The notes below the pieces were generated by a model. The model made no database searches and had not been told where the DNA came from. It was given only the letters and a program-made list of their open reading frames with translations. From Amphiscolops sp. MND2022 (Eukaryota), in contig OZ076409.1 in assembly GCA_964187785.1 (NCBI GenBank), forward strand, positions 53,818,001 to 53,882,000: a stretch of DNA of 64,000 nt. Reading direction: 5' to 3'. The position numbers and the translations under genes were made by a program. Of this stretch, positions 1 to 11,828 are shown in pieces. Numbering within the stretch: position 1 is the stretch's first letter; every line of letters begins with the position of its first letter.

Positions 1-885
1 TTTGCTTGCACCCTGAGTACGTTCTGTTTCCGCTTGAGAACTGCCCCCATGCTCTGGTCCTAGGAACGAAACTTTAGGTCCTGCGGGACCTTGTTCAGTT
101 GGGCTTAATTGAGAGCTGGAGGAAGGAATCATTACAGGAGGTTCACTCTCACTCGCTTTTACAGTATCGATGGCCCCCACTAAAGCCTCTTGTTTCCGTA
201 AATCTTCAAGACTGCCAATTTTGCGGGTCAAATACGGCTGAATGCTTCCTCCAGAGCTACTATTCCCAAACGCAAATGGATTGATTACGGAAGGGGTGTA
301 ATCTGGGGACGGTGGTCGCGGAGTCTGTTGACTAACGGCAGGAGTGGAAGAATCGGCACTTCTTGCAGCGGGATCTTGTTCAGATGAAGCCTGTGATCCG
401 CTTCCCTCAATAATCTCTATGGCGGTGGGTAAAATGCTAGGAGAAGTTGGAGTCGAAGTTGTCTGCTTGGAAGTAGAAGTTGCTTCCTCCACAGTTGCTG
501 GACTACTGGTCTGCGCAGCCTCATCAGGGCGTTGAGTCAGATTGTTTTCTCTGATGCTCTCATTGTTCGTGGACGTCTGGATCGCTTGACCGTTTGATTC
601 AGTTCCTGAATTGAAAGGAATAAATTCGCGCGGTTCACTTCCTGCAAATGAATCTATCTTGCCGCATTTGAAAAATCTTCCGGAAGTAAAGTTCAACTCA
701 TTCAACTTAGTTTGAAAACATTTCACGATGAAGGAAGTACTATTAGTCGAACCTAATCCCTGATCAAGTTTAGTAAGACAAAATGAAAGAACCAACCTGA
801 TGTTATTTCCATGATGGAAAACAGAATTGTTGTCCCGAACGTCGTTTGGAAATGTTGGGCTGAAGAATACGCTCAAGAACCTGAC
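1..885 (-). CDS. N-terminal S/T/E/P-rich part of the family B antisense accessory protein (runs off the window)
   Basis: Manual translation is stop-free from 885 to 1; KIDSFAGSEPREFIPF and PKVSFL match MDSFQGSIPLNFISF and HKVRFL of the element A antisense ORFs. Confidence 0.7.
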
Positions 886-1807
886 TCAATCCTTCTGCAG
901 GCCCGTGATATTCAATGCCAGATCAGTGTGTCTGCTCAACTGTATGGTACTCAGGAATATAAAATTCTTTGATGCGAAGAATTACAAATCGTGGTAATAA
1001 TCAATTTGAGTATAGGAGACGAAAAGGGACGAAAATTTCTGGAACACAGACACAGGACATACATTATAATATAATAACATTATTTACACTTACCGACCAC
1101 TCTAGACTTAGAAACAACGTACGCGTAGTACAAAACGCAAGACGGTTAATTACTTATTTTATACATGGACGTCGTGGCCTAATATTTGGTTCTTACATCT
1201 ATAACTATGTACAATTCGTCTAATGTACTCTCACTATTATTATTTAGCCAAGATCTCCCTCATCGTGGATTGAACCTGCCAGTGAAATTCATGCCTTTAT
1301 TTCATTTTAGGGATTAGTTCATTTCGTAAATTAGTGTTAGTTTAATTGAAATCGCCATTTTGCTTGATTTCCATCAATTTTATTATTCTTTTATTTCTAA
1401 CACCTCATTGGTCACTTAAATTGATGTGGCCATGCGGACTGAAGGTCTTTGATGGTGAATTTGTTTATCGACAGTTAACCTGAGTTACCACTTATTACAC
1501 CTATTCACTGCTATCAAGTGGTTAGGTAAACAACTAGAAGGTCCTTCAAGAACCTATTAACATGAAGTTTACGTTAGTTGCCATTTCGGGAAATTGGGTA
1601 AAACCTACATATATGGAATGTTTGGTAAAGATTTAGGAAAGATCAGAAGCTGCTACCCCGCCGGGAAAATTCCGCGAAAAGGGAAAGACCGGCAGTCCAA
1701 GCGACCAGAAGAAAAATCATTCATCACAAATTGAAAAGCGTAAAACAGTCGAGTAAAGAAACCTCAAAATTGCGAAGAAAATTTTTCTTAGTAGAGTTCG
1801 AAACAGA

Positions 1808-2630
1808 ATGGAAATGAATCTACCATTCCATCTAGACGACCTCTCAGCTCTTCCAGTCAGTCCTAGTTACTACTCTTCTGATGAAGAAATGGATGTGGAC
1901 ATTCATTCAGTCAGTGCTAACCGAGACGAAGCTGAAGATAGTGATATAGAAGTGATCGCGTGTTACCGGCAAGTACCAATTCAGACAGAGGGACTAGTTG
2001 CAGGACGCAAAATGACTGTGGAATTACCAGACAGTGCAGGATATACCTACCCCGATTTTCCCTGGGAGGATTTTGATAGCATGATGCAGTTGGTGGACAG
2101 CCTGGCTGATCCGCTGGATAGGGGAGCAGGGCCAAGTACAACTACCCAAAGCAGTAGTCCCCCCATAAAGCATTGTGGTAAACTAACGCCTTTAGTTGAC
2201 ACCCCCTGTCTCCTCCACCACACGAGCGTGGTCCAATTTACAATTATTATGACTACACAACGACAACGCAGCCTCGAATGCTACTCCAACCGAATTCGCA
2301 TATACAAGGACTGAGTGTCCTCATAGCGTCACAATGTGGACAGCCAAACCAAGCTCAATATGATATGGCGCTTGTATAGTTTGCGGAAGGAGTTATGAAC
2401 AAATAAAGGAAACCGCTGTCCTTGGATACCTAAAGTCTACTACTTATCGAGGAGAAAGCTACAACGATCAACAAAGAAGACGTGATGCTTACTTAGCCGG
2501 AATGGACCAGGGTACAGTGCTCTTCATCCCTAGGGGAGTGTCGCAGGCTGCCGCCTGTGACGGCAATCTTTACCAAATCACATTGGAAGGAGACAACTCT
2601 AATCTTCCTCCAAGAGTACTCCCCATTTAA
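1808..2630 (+). pseudogene. ORF3 of family B: acidic N-terminus plus CxxC domain, frameshifted, ends inside the 3' LTR
   Basis: ORF 1808-2314, then in another frame CIVCGRSYEQIKE...AYLAGMDQGTVLFIPRGVSQAAACDG...LPI*; homologous to 23899-24682 and 42671-42946. Confidence 0.75.
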
Positions 2631-4114
2631 AGACTGCCAAGCACCAAAAAGTAATATAAACTGCATGTATTTTGTTATTATTCTTATTACTTTTAATTTC
2701 ACCGTAAAAGACACAAGGTCTATACGGCCTCAGTACAATTAATAATTTTAGTTTACAAGGATGAATTTAATCATTTAGTAGTTCATCCTGTGCCTGTTTT
2801 ATTATTGGAATGTTAATGCAATTTGACAAATGAATGTAAAATCAATGATATAATGAAATGCAATTGTATGCGAAAGAGGAAACGCGTTCAAATGAGCGCT
2901 TCTTCTAGTAGTTTGTACTTGCTGTACAAGTATTTTAATCCAATCAGAACGCAGTATATTAGTGACGCTCCGTGGACAGAATGTCTGCCACGGTGGAATT
3001 AGCGCGAGAGTGCTGTTAGTGCTGTGTTTGAGTGTGGCCACGCGGACTTAAAGTCCGCTACGGTGAAATACTGCGATAACATCAAAATATGCATTCTGAA
3101 TACATGTAGTGTTGTAGATTAGTATTGAATGTACTTACAGGTCACTGTTGATATTTTCCTACTTTGTCGGCTTGACCATAAGACCCCCCATGCTTTTCTT
3201 TGATGCAATGACGTCATGGTGATGTATGTTAATATGATGCTATTTTTAGATTGTCATATCTATATTTAGTAACATGACGCGCAATTTTTGTGCTGTCATC
3301 TCCTCCCGACTATAAATAGGGAGAGGACTAAACCCAAAGGGACAATCTTTCGATAAACTGAACTACAAACAAGTTGATAAATTTGACCAATTGATATTGT
3401 GCTTGTTTTAACCGTTTCATACGCTTGTACTATTCGTTCTTCAATTCAATATTACTTGTACTAATATTTCTTCAATGCCATCTACAAGGAAGCAAAAGGC
3501 AAAGGAGAGACGCTCTAGACAACTAGACATCATGTCTGATGTAGAAAATGTTGATGTAATGTTAGGAAATTATTCAACAATTAATCAAGATGATGACCGT
3601 AGCGAAACTGAGATAAATTTGGACTCTGAGTCAAGTAAGCCTCAATGTGCCTCTAATCTAACTGGGGAAGACTTTAGGTCATTACTTACAAACAGTAGAG
3701 AAAACAGTGAGATCACGATTCAGACGAATAGACTGATAAATGAGGAAATTTCAAACCAAGTGTCTAGGAGATTAAATGAAATCAAAACCAGTTTAAATTC
3801 CCAAATTCAAAATGCTATTACTGCTGCAATAACTGATACAGTGCTTCCTTCTATACAGAATGTGTTAGAAATGCAGGGGAGACCAAATTTCACCGTGGTA
3901 GACCGGGCGTCCAACGGGCCTCATCCTGGCCCAAGGACAGGTAATTCCACCGTGGAGGACCAAAGGTCCAGTGGGCGACAGCGGAACCCCGAAGTAGGAA
4001 ATTCTCTGAAATCATGGGAAAATCGTCCCAAAACCTGTTTTACGCAGAAAAATTGTGGACAGAGGTCTAGAGAAAGTTCAGTAGATTCTTATACGGATGA
4101 ACAAAATCGCGACA
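2539..4114 (+). repeat. 3' LTR of family B (1576 bp) containing the gag N-terminal coding region from 3475
   Basis: Terminal inverted TGTCGC/GCGACA; TATAAATA at 3311; MPSTRKQKAKERRSRQLDIMSDVENVDVMLG is homologous to the start of A gag. Confidence 0.85.
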
Positions 4115-4128
4115 CAATGTGTAACTAT

Positions 4129-5436
4129 TGTCGCAGGCTGCCGCCTGTGACGGCACGAAGATTACGACGACCTCAAACGGACAAGAGACAGCGACAGGTA
4201 CTCTCCCGATTTATTAAACTGGAACTGATAATGAAAGCTTGAACTTTTTATCCCAATTTTTTTTTATTTTTTGCAATATTTCAAACTTGATGTTGCTGAA
4301 TATTTTCATTTTTATTTACAATAATTAGTCTGTTGAGGCTTACAATCAAAAGATCCGATCTGAATGTTCTAATGTATAGCAGTGCAGTGATACGTTCAAT
4401 GTAATTGAAACAAGAATGCAAGCAAGTTTACGGTGTAACGGAAGCGAGTTCAAGTGAACGAAACTCTTATTCCGGAGGCGTCACTTGAGCTCATTATATT
4501 AGCCAATCACAATCATTCATTTTGCAGTACTATACTCGTTTTAATTAATTGGCCGAATTAGGCCGTTTGACGCATTGATGCATTTGTTGAAGGGGACGAC
4601 AGGCAAATGGCCGGATTGGGCCATTTCTCTAATTCATTGTTTAAATCGCTATGTTGATGATATTTGTATGATTTGATTGTCATGTAAGATCATATTCATA
4701 TTTGGAAATACTCATGAGCCTCTTGAGACGAATCAGTGTGATTAATATTAACCAACAAAAACGTTTTTAGATACCAGTCCTTTGGACTACTCCGGCCACT
4801 CTCATTAACAAACCCTCCTGTCAAATGGCCATTTTGGGCCATGTTTCATTGTGCAAGATTACATGAATTGATGTTGCCTCTTTGTTGAATGTGCCCGCTT
4901 ACGCTGGCACATGTCAATATAAAGCTGTTTAGCTTCTTAAAATATTTGTAATATGACACTTGCTTGATGTACTTTGCCGCTTTAAAATGTTTGTTGCCAT
5001 ATCAAAGAGAGAAATTTGAATGGCCACGTGACTTGACCAATCACATTCCAATAACGCTTTGATACGAGTCTCATGACCCAGTCAGGTGCTTTTTGGAATG
5101 GTATTCATGCATTTTCTGAATCGTTATGTTATGTATGTCATGCCCAAGGGAGTATAAACAGTAGTTGTTTTCCTTGGGAAGACACAATTTGTCTTATTCT
5201 TCTACTATTCAGTTTAGCTGCAAACTCTTTTCTGTTTATACCTAAATTACTGTTTTCTGAATACGATTTATTGAAGTATTTGAATATGGATTCTCTTCAA
5301 ATGCATACCGCAAGAAAGCAAAAAAACTAGAGAGTCAAGAGGGCTTGAAATGCTCTCAGATTATGAGAAACTAGATTTAATGCTAGGTGAAAACCTTTTC
5401 AACGCAAGAGAGAGAGACGAAAGTTTGAACAGCAAT
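4129..5436 (+). repeat. 3'-truncated LTR of an A-related subfamily
   Basis: Starts TGTCGCAGGCTGCCGCCTGTGACGG; encodes SQAAACDG...GTLPIY*; shares the GAGTTCAAGTGA..CGAAACTCTTATTCCGGAG block with the A LTR; gag start MHTARKQK at 5300 breaks off near 5436. Confidence 0.8.
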
Positions 5437-5738
5437 ACTATTGATACTATCAAATGATACTTTTGTCGAAATAAATTTACTCAATTACGTGGAATAATAA
5501 ATACTTTCCACGACTGAAAATGTCAGTCATAAATAGACGTTAAAAATTTTTAGTGCAATGTGAGCTGCTAATGTCTTTATATGATGTTATCACTCTTGAT
5601 TGAAACACTCGATCGCCTAAGCAAACCAATTGAAATTTCAGATGCAGTGTAGTTAGGCATTATAGCGACTATACCATTCAGTCGTGAGTCATGCATCATA
5701 CCGCCACTTATTGGTGAAATTGAGCCTTCACTGATGTT

Positions 5739-6612
5739 CAGGGGTCGCATCTAAAATGACCTCGAGGTCCGTCCATGAACTTGAAGTTTCTTCATTCTCA
5801 TCCAAAGTTGCTACATGCCAAGTTATATCGTCCTAGAGTCAATGGTTCCCGAGTTACATGTTATGCGTATCGTTTGTTTACTTAAGGCGGTTGGCCCCGC
5901 GTTGGATACAAATACGTTTCCATTCTTGTTTGTAATCGACTACATTCGTTGTTCCGGTTCGTTTGAGATATTACAAGTAAGGTAAAATGTCATTTATCGG
6001 TGGGACCCGCGCGTCCGATCCCGCGTGCCATAAACAAACATCATCCCGCGCGTGATGGATCGGTTAATGTATCTTTCATGTATATTTCTTAGGGTTCCTA
6101 GGTGAACAACTTAGGCAAGTTCCATGATCCTCGAATCAACTGGTGGCTATTTACATAACTTTCGCGGTTTATTTACTTAGGGTCCGTGCTCCCCCCACGC
6201 GCGTCGTAGGGTTCCAAAAATATACGCAAACGGCCTAATATCCTATGGGCTACCAATTCCATATATAACATGACTTTCTCCGTGCTTGGTCGACGAGTTC
6301 GCAGGGGGTCGACCTATGTCTATTTCGAAGCTAATAGTTCGGGACTGGGTGAGGTACGATGTCGAATACTCCGGGTCGAAAGTTGAGTTAACACCTCTAA
6401 TTCTACGGGGCTCAAACAACCAAATTTACTGTTGTCTTTCTAAATAATCCTTTGCGAAAAACATTAACGGAATACGCTAAATTCGCATTTTCAGCTGTTT
6501 TTACTGACTTGCGCATCTTGAAATGTTTGAAGATTTATTCAATCTATAATCTGTGCTTCGCGCAAAATAAATGGGATTTTTCTAAAACGCCTAAAATTCA
6601 AAAATTCTACAC
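5739..6612 (+). repeat. About 0.87-kb non-autonomous repeat (MITE-like), copy 1
   Basis: Colinear with 10265-11292; begins CAGGGGTCG / CAGTGGTGG, reminiscent of hAT ends; no ORF. Confidence 0.7.
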
Positions 6613-9600
6613 TCTTCCGTTCTGAACTTTTATTCTCCCGAATATACCTAACGTCGATATCGTTGGCTGAACCGTGGGATCCAGGTAAACATAAACAATG
6701 CTGTAGGAAAGGAAGGCGGGGATTAGGTAGTCAAACATCAATAGCTCCGATGGTTCAAACTCTCAACAAAAACCATCAACTAGTATAACATCAACATTAA
6801 AGAAAACGATGAAATAAGCATTTTAAACATCAAATAACCAGAAAAGCACCGAAGTCTCAATTAGATGTACTCTAAAGTAATATTTGTGGTGGATTAGTTT
6901 AAAAAATGGAAAAAGTAAAAGAAAGTCGAACATCGTGAATATCGAAACTTGTTAAATACTACGATCTATTTTGTTTCTACTGCTGTCTGTTTCTTCCGTT
7001 ACTGAGTCAGCCTTTAAAAGCACCCCATATAAACCAAGAGCTCTTATAGCGCGCCTCGCTCCGTCGCATTGAGGTTACCAGCCGTTCTTCGATACTCCTG
7101 GAGGAGCACCAGCAGACTTCTCCACTCCACCGTCCCCGGGTGTACCACTACTTCTCGCCGCCTACGGGCTGCAGTGGATACTTCGACTGTCATGGGTGCC
7201 CGGTCGAAGGGGCAGAAGATTCTCACAACGCGGACGTACTCAATCCAGTTCGGGAAGTACCAATTGCTAATATACAGTCCCATAAAAGCCATGAATACAA
7301 AATGGTGAATAATCAGTCTATGATAATACTCAACAAACGCCAAACTTTACCTGCTATCCGTAGCAACAAAAATGTTTTTTTTTCAAGTTTTTCGTACTCG
7401 TGAGGTTTCATTTGACGGGCTGCTTCCAGATCTGTTTAGAGAGCAAAGAACTGTTTCCTGCAGTCCTATTACTTTTATCAACATTCAGATACGAACTTTC
7501 ACGGTTCTCTACTCGCTGTCTTAGAGTCACATTTAGAAGTACGTCAGAGAGTCAAAAAATATATGAGGTGGATTTCTTGTCGTTGAAAGTTTTGTTTACC
7601 TAGCGAATTTATTGTTTTTGCACAGTCAGTTTTCGCTAACTCAACTTTTCGGAACTACTAAAATGTACTCTTACATCTCAATTACGTGATCCGTGAACGC
7701 AATGATGCATGAGAATAACGTAATACGAAAGCAATGGGTTTACTTCTAGTATCGGCGGGCTTTCTCTACGCAGAACATGAGTGTAGACGGGGGACATGAC
7801 ATCAAAGTAGTATTGGAGGATGGTGAACATCTGTTGCTGGAATATCTGTCGCCTGGCTTGGTCGAATTTACCCTTTTTCTGCCGAGTCTCCTTATTCCAA
7901 GGGAACGGTTCGATGGTCAGACGTTTCGGCTCCAATTGGCACGACGGACACTTCAAAGATCCTTCAAAAAGACGTCGCCTCGGGATATTTCTCCGTACAA
8001 ATATAACAAATACCATCAATTTCATCGTTATATCATCATTCGTCGCTTCATCACTACAAATAGTTTATTGCTTCTTTCTTTTTGGCAATGCGCAGTGGAA
8101 TAATTCGACTGAGTCTACTTCAAGTGTTCGAGAAAAAAAATAGATTGCCCAGGACGGTCTATCCGTGGTGTGGTAACTAAGAAGAGTAGCACTAGGTCAG
8201 GAGTTATGAGAGAGGGGGTGTGGGTATGCTAATGGGCACAACAATAGAAAAAGGTTAGGGTCGGCGGTTTGGTATAAACCAAATTTAACAGCATAATTTC
8301 AACATGTATAAAAAAACAATCTGTTGAGCTGGGTCCTCGAAAAGAAAGAAGACAAAGACCATTCCCGAATTTCTGTTTGTATTTTCATCCTAGTTCTGGG
8401 CAGCGAAGAGAAAAACTTTATTCCCTCAATACTGTAACGTCGTTCCACCAAACCAAACATGCTATGCCATGCAGAATTTCAGCTAGCTCAATCACCTTGA
8501 TTCAAGTAAAAAAAAATAAAAAAAAAATACCTCTGACAAACAAATTGAAGTTGAGGTTTGTAATTAATAACCAACCTCTGGTCACCAGTTTTCGTTTGAC
8601 ATCGTCACAGTCCTTTGTTAGACATCTTGTGAACGCGTATATCTTCTTTCCACCTCCTGCGTTTCCTGTGACAGACCCAGCTGTGCAAAACGGCATTTGA
8701 TACAGTGACAACCTGTTCCCCTTCTCCGCTCAACTGTCCAGTACACAAGGTGCTTGAAGCTGGTATCTTACTGAAGACCCACCGGGTTTTCAACTTTCGC
8801 GACCACTTGCCTTCTGGAGTTGTCATAATCAGAGTCAGTCGCTCGTGCATTCCACCGCCACCACCCCATATTCAACTCTGTTCGTCATAGTCTTTCACTG
8901 ACTTTGGACTATGCTTGGTGGTTGATCGTGTCATTTTGCTCCGCACAGATTTCCACAGTGTTCTTGGAACTCTCTCAGGAATACCATTCAAGAATTCGGA
9001 TCTTAGTGGCAACATTTTTTAATTCAGTACGAAACTCGTTTTCAGCAAATGCATCTGGCTACCAGAGAAAACTCGCCAGCTTGATGCTGCTCTTCGAAGT
9101 AGTATTCAGATTTTTCGAGGCATTTTGAAAGTCGCGTCTAATCTCGGGGATAACTTTCCAACGGATCCAACCACGATCACTACACTCAAAGAATTTGAAC
9201 GCCATGGAACCTCGGCGATGTGCAGTCTGCCTGCGGTTTTGTTTCATACGTACATCATTCCTCAGCGACAATTTTTCTTAACTCCGCCGTAGCCCACCCA
9301 GGAGCCCCACTGTCAGAAAATTCGGGGCTTGGAGAGAGTTTTACCTCCAATTGGAAGCTTAACAGACAAAAAGGTTGTTTTAGTGAGTTAGCCAATTCTA
9401 TTGAAGTTACTGTCATTTTCTTTCTCCAAATTTGCTCTATCGGCTCGTTCGGCTCGCGTATATCAACTCACTGGAATCCAGATATTTCAATTGAAAACGA
9501 GGATTACAGCTATAACATTGAGTCGAATGTATCCATCAAATACTAAATACAATTCACAATAAAAGGATACGACAACAACCGGATCCGCGATTCAGCCAGG

Positions 9601-10264
9601 TACGTTAGGCGCAACTCAACCTTGTTGAAGCTCCAACTTCTACCAAATCACAAGTACCGGACTTTTCAGCATATTTTTTGAGCGAGCGACGACGTAATCT
9701 TCTAGAAAGGTCTCTTGTCTCCGCGAGACTCAACATTGTTCTAGTTCTCTAACTCGGTTTTCGAGAAGGACGAGTGTTAATCCGAAAAAATATATTGTCT
9801 CCGCCAGACTCAACTTGATCCTAGCTTTCTAAATCGGTTCTGTCTGTTCATGTATATTCCAATTGCGCCTCAATAATATTTGTTCATCACTCGCATTTTT
9901 TGTTTCGATGTTGCTCTTTAAGTTGCATGCTTTTGACTTCATGTAGCTCCACTCCTTTTATGGCATGATAGCGCCTTAGTTTTGTTTCGGCCAGACATAC
10001 TTCGCCGTCAACGAAAAATAATTCAATAAGGGCTGTGCAAAGTTCACACTTCAATGAAAAATCAAGTCACCCGAGATCTTTCTAATATCGAGCCGATCGT
10101 TCAATAACCTTCAGCTACATGGTATACATGCTCTCTACGTGTATGGGTTACTTTCTATTTTTCTAGGTACGATACCTCGCCAACCTTCTCGACTAGCTGA
10201 AATGCATGAATTATCGCGCAAAGACGCTGATTCACTTTTTTTATCGTACGTTTTTCAATATGTT

Positions 10265-11292
10265 CAGTGGTGGAATGTAAAATGACATTAAGGTCCGTCC
10301 ATGACCTTGAAATATATGTCCTCATCCAAAGTTGCTACATCATGCCAAGTTATATCGTCCTAGGGTCAATGGTTCCCGAGTTACATGATATGTGTATCGT
10401 TTGTTTACTTAAGGCGGTTACGTTTCCATTCTTGTTTGTAATCGACTACTTTCGTTGATCCGGTTCGTTTGAGATATTACCAGCCAAGGTCAAATGTCGT
10501 TTATCGGTCCAGCCCGCGCGTCTGGTCCCGCGTGCCTCAAACAAACATTATCCCGCGCGTGGTTGATCGAATAATGTATCTTTCATGTATATTACTTAGG
10601 GTTGCTGGGTGAACATCTTAGGCAAGTTTCATGATCCTCGGGTCAACTGGTGACTATCTACATACCTTTCGCGGTCTATTTACTCAGGGTCCGTGCTCCT
10701 CTTACGCTCGTCGTAGGGTTCAAAAAATATACGCAATTGGCCTAATATCCTATGGGCTACCAATTCCTTATATAACATGACTTATTTCGTGCTTGGTCGA
10801 CGAGTTCGCTGGGGTTCAACCTAGGTCACTTCGGGTGCTATTAGCTAGGGACTGGGGAAGGTACGAGGTGGGTACTCCGAGTCGAAAGTTGAGTTAACAC
10901 CTCTAGTTTATGGATGCCAAATTTCAACTCGATCGGACTGGTCCTTCCCAAAAAGTAGGGGTGGTGTTTTTTCCCTCAGGTTTCTTTTCCGCATAAAACA
11001 AAAAACTTAGTAAAGTTCGCTCTAAGCGATCGATTCTATCCTAGCCGATATAGTCAATCTCATTGTTGACTCAAATTCTACAGGGCTCAAACAGCCAAAT
11101 TTACTGCACTCTTTCTAAAAGTCCTTTGCGAAAAGCATTAACGGAATACGGAATACGCTAAATTCGCCTTTTCAGCTGTTTTTACTGACTTGCGCATCTC
11201 AGAATGTCTGAAGATTTGTTCAATCTATAATCTGTGCTTCTCGCAAAATAAATGGGATTTTTCTAAAACGCCAAAAATTCAAAAATTCCACA
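10265..11292 (+). repeat. Same repeat, copy 2, with about 170 bp extra (approx. 10906-11075)
   Basis: Direct-orientation homology to 5739-6612 read by eye. Confidence 0.7.
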
Positions 11293-11828
11293 CGACTATT
11301 GATAGGGCTATTACCAAGACTCTCACCAAAATGTTCGCACTGTACCAGAATATCTGGCTGTACCAAATTGCCTGCAATATTAAAAAGTTTTTGTGTTGTA
11401 AAAATAAACAAGACCTTATTGAGACTTTCAAAAGTAAACGGGAACATAAAAATATGCAAATTTTGGCAGAGTTTCAACAGATTTTGAAGTGGTTTGTAAA
11501 TGAGAGCGCAAAAAAAGAAAGCAACTTAATATCCGAATAAGTGCCGACAACCCTATCTGCGTTAAACAGTTGACATGCAATATGACAGATTTCTGGGAAC
11601 ACTTTGTTGTCAGTACCGAGCGTTTCAGCCGACACCAGTTCACCCAAAACACTTGTCTCGTGCTGATATTTTGTTGACAATAAGGAGTAACAGATCAAGC
11701 TTGAAATGCTTTAAGAAAGTTGCTCTCAGGGAAACCAAAAATTCCGAAGCAAAACGTTTTTTCTCTTCTAGCGATTTTTGGTCGTAAAATCTAAATCACT
11801 CGTCAAAGCCTTTTTTTCATATGACAAA

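Larger units (their letters stand above)
1..4114 (+). mobile_element. Ty3/Gypsy LTR retrotransposon family B, 3' part (antisense gene start, spacer, ORF3, 3' LTR); continues beyond the left edge
   Basis: Purine tract AGGGGAG (2532-2538) precedes TGTCGC...GCGACA (2539-4114); same gene order and homologous peptides as the complete element A. Confidence 0.85.

Noticed and set aside
3475..4242. 255-aa ORF as a standalone gene
   Set aside because: It is the LTR-encoded gag N-terminus running by chance through 14 bp of flank into the next LTR
5437..5441. ACTAT as TSD of the 4129 LTR
   Set aside because: Matches 4124-4128, but the LTR is truncated without its CGACA end and ACTAT recurs 9 bp later; chance is likely
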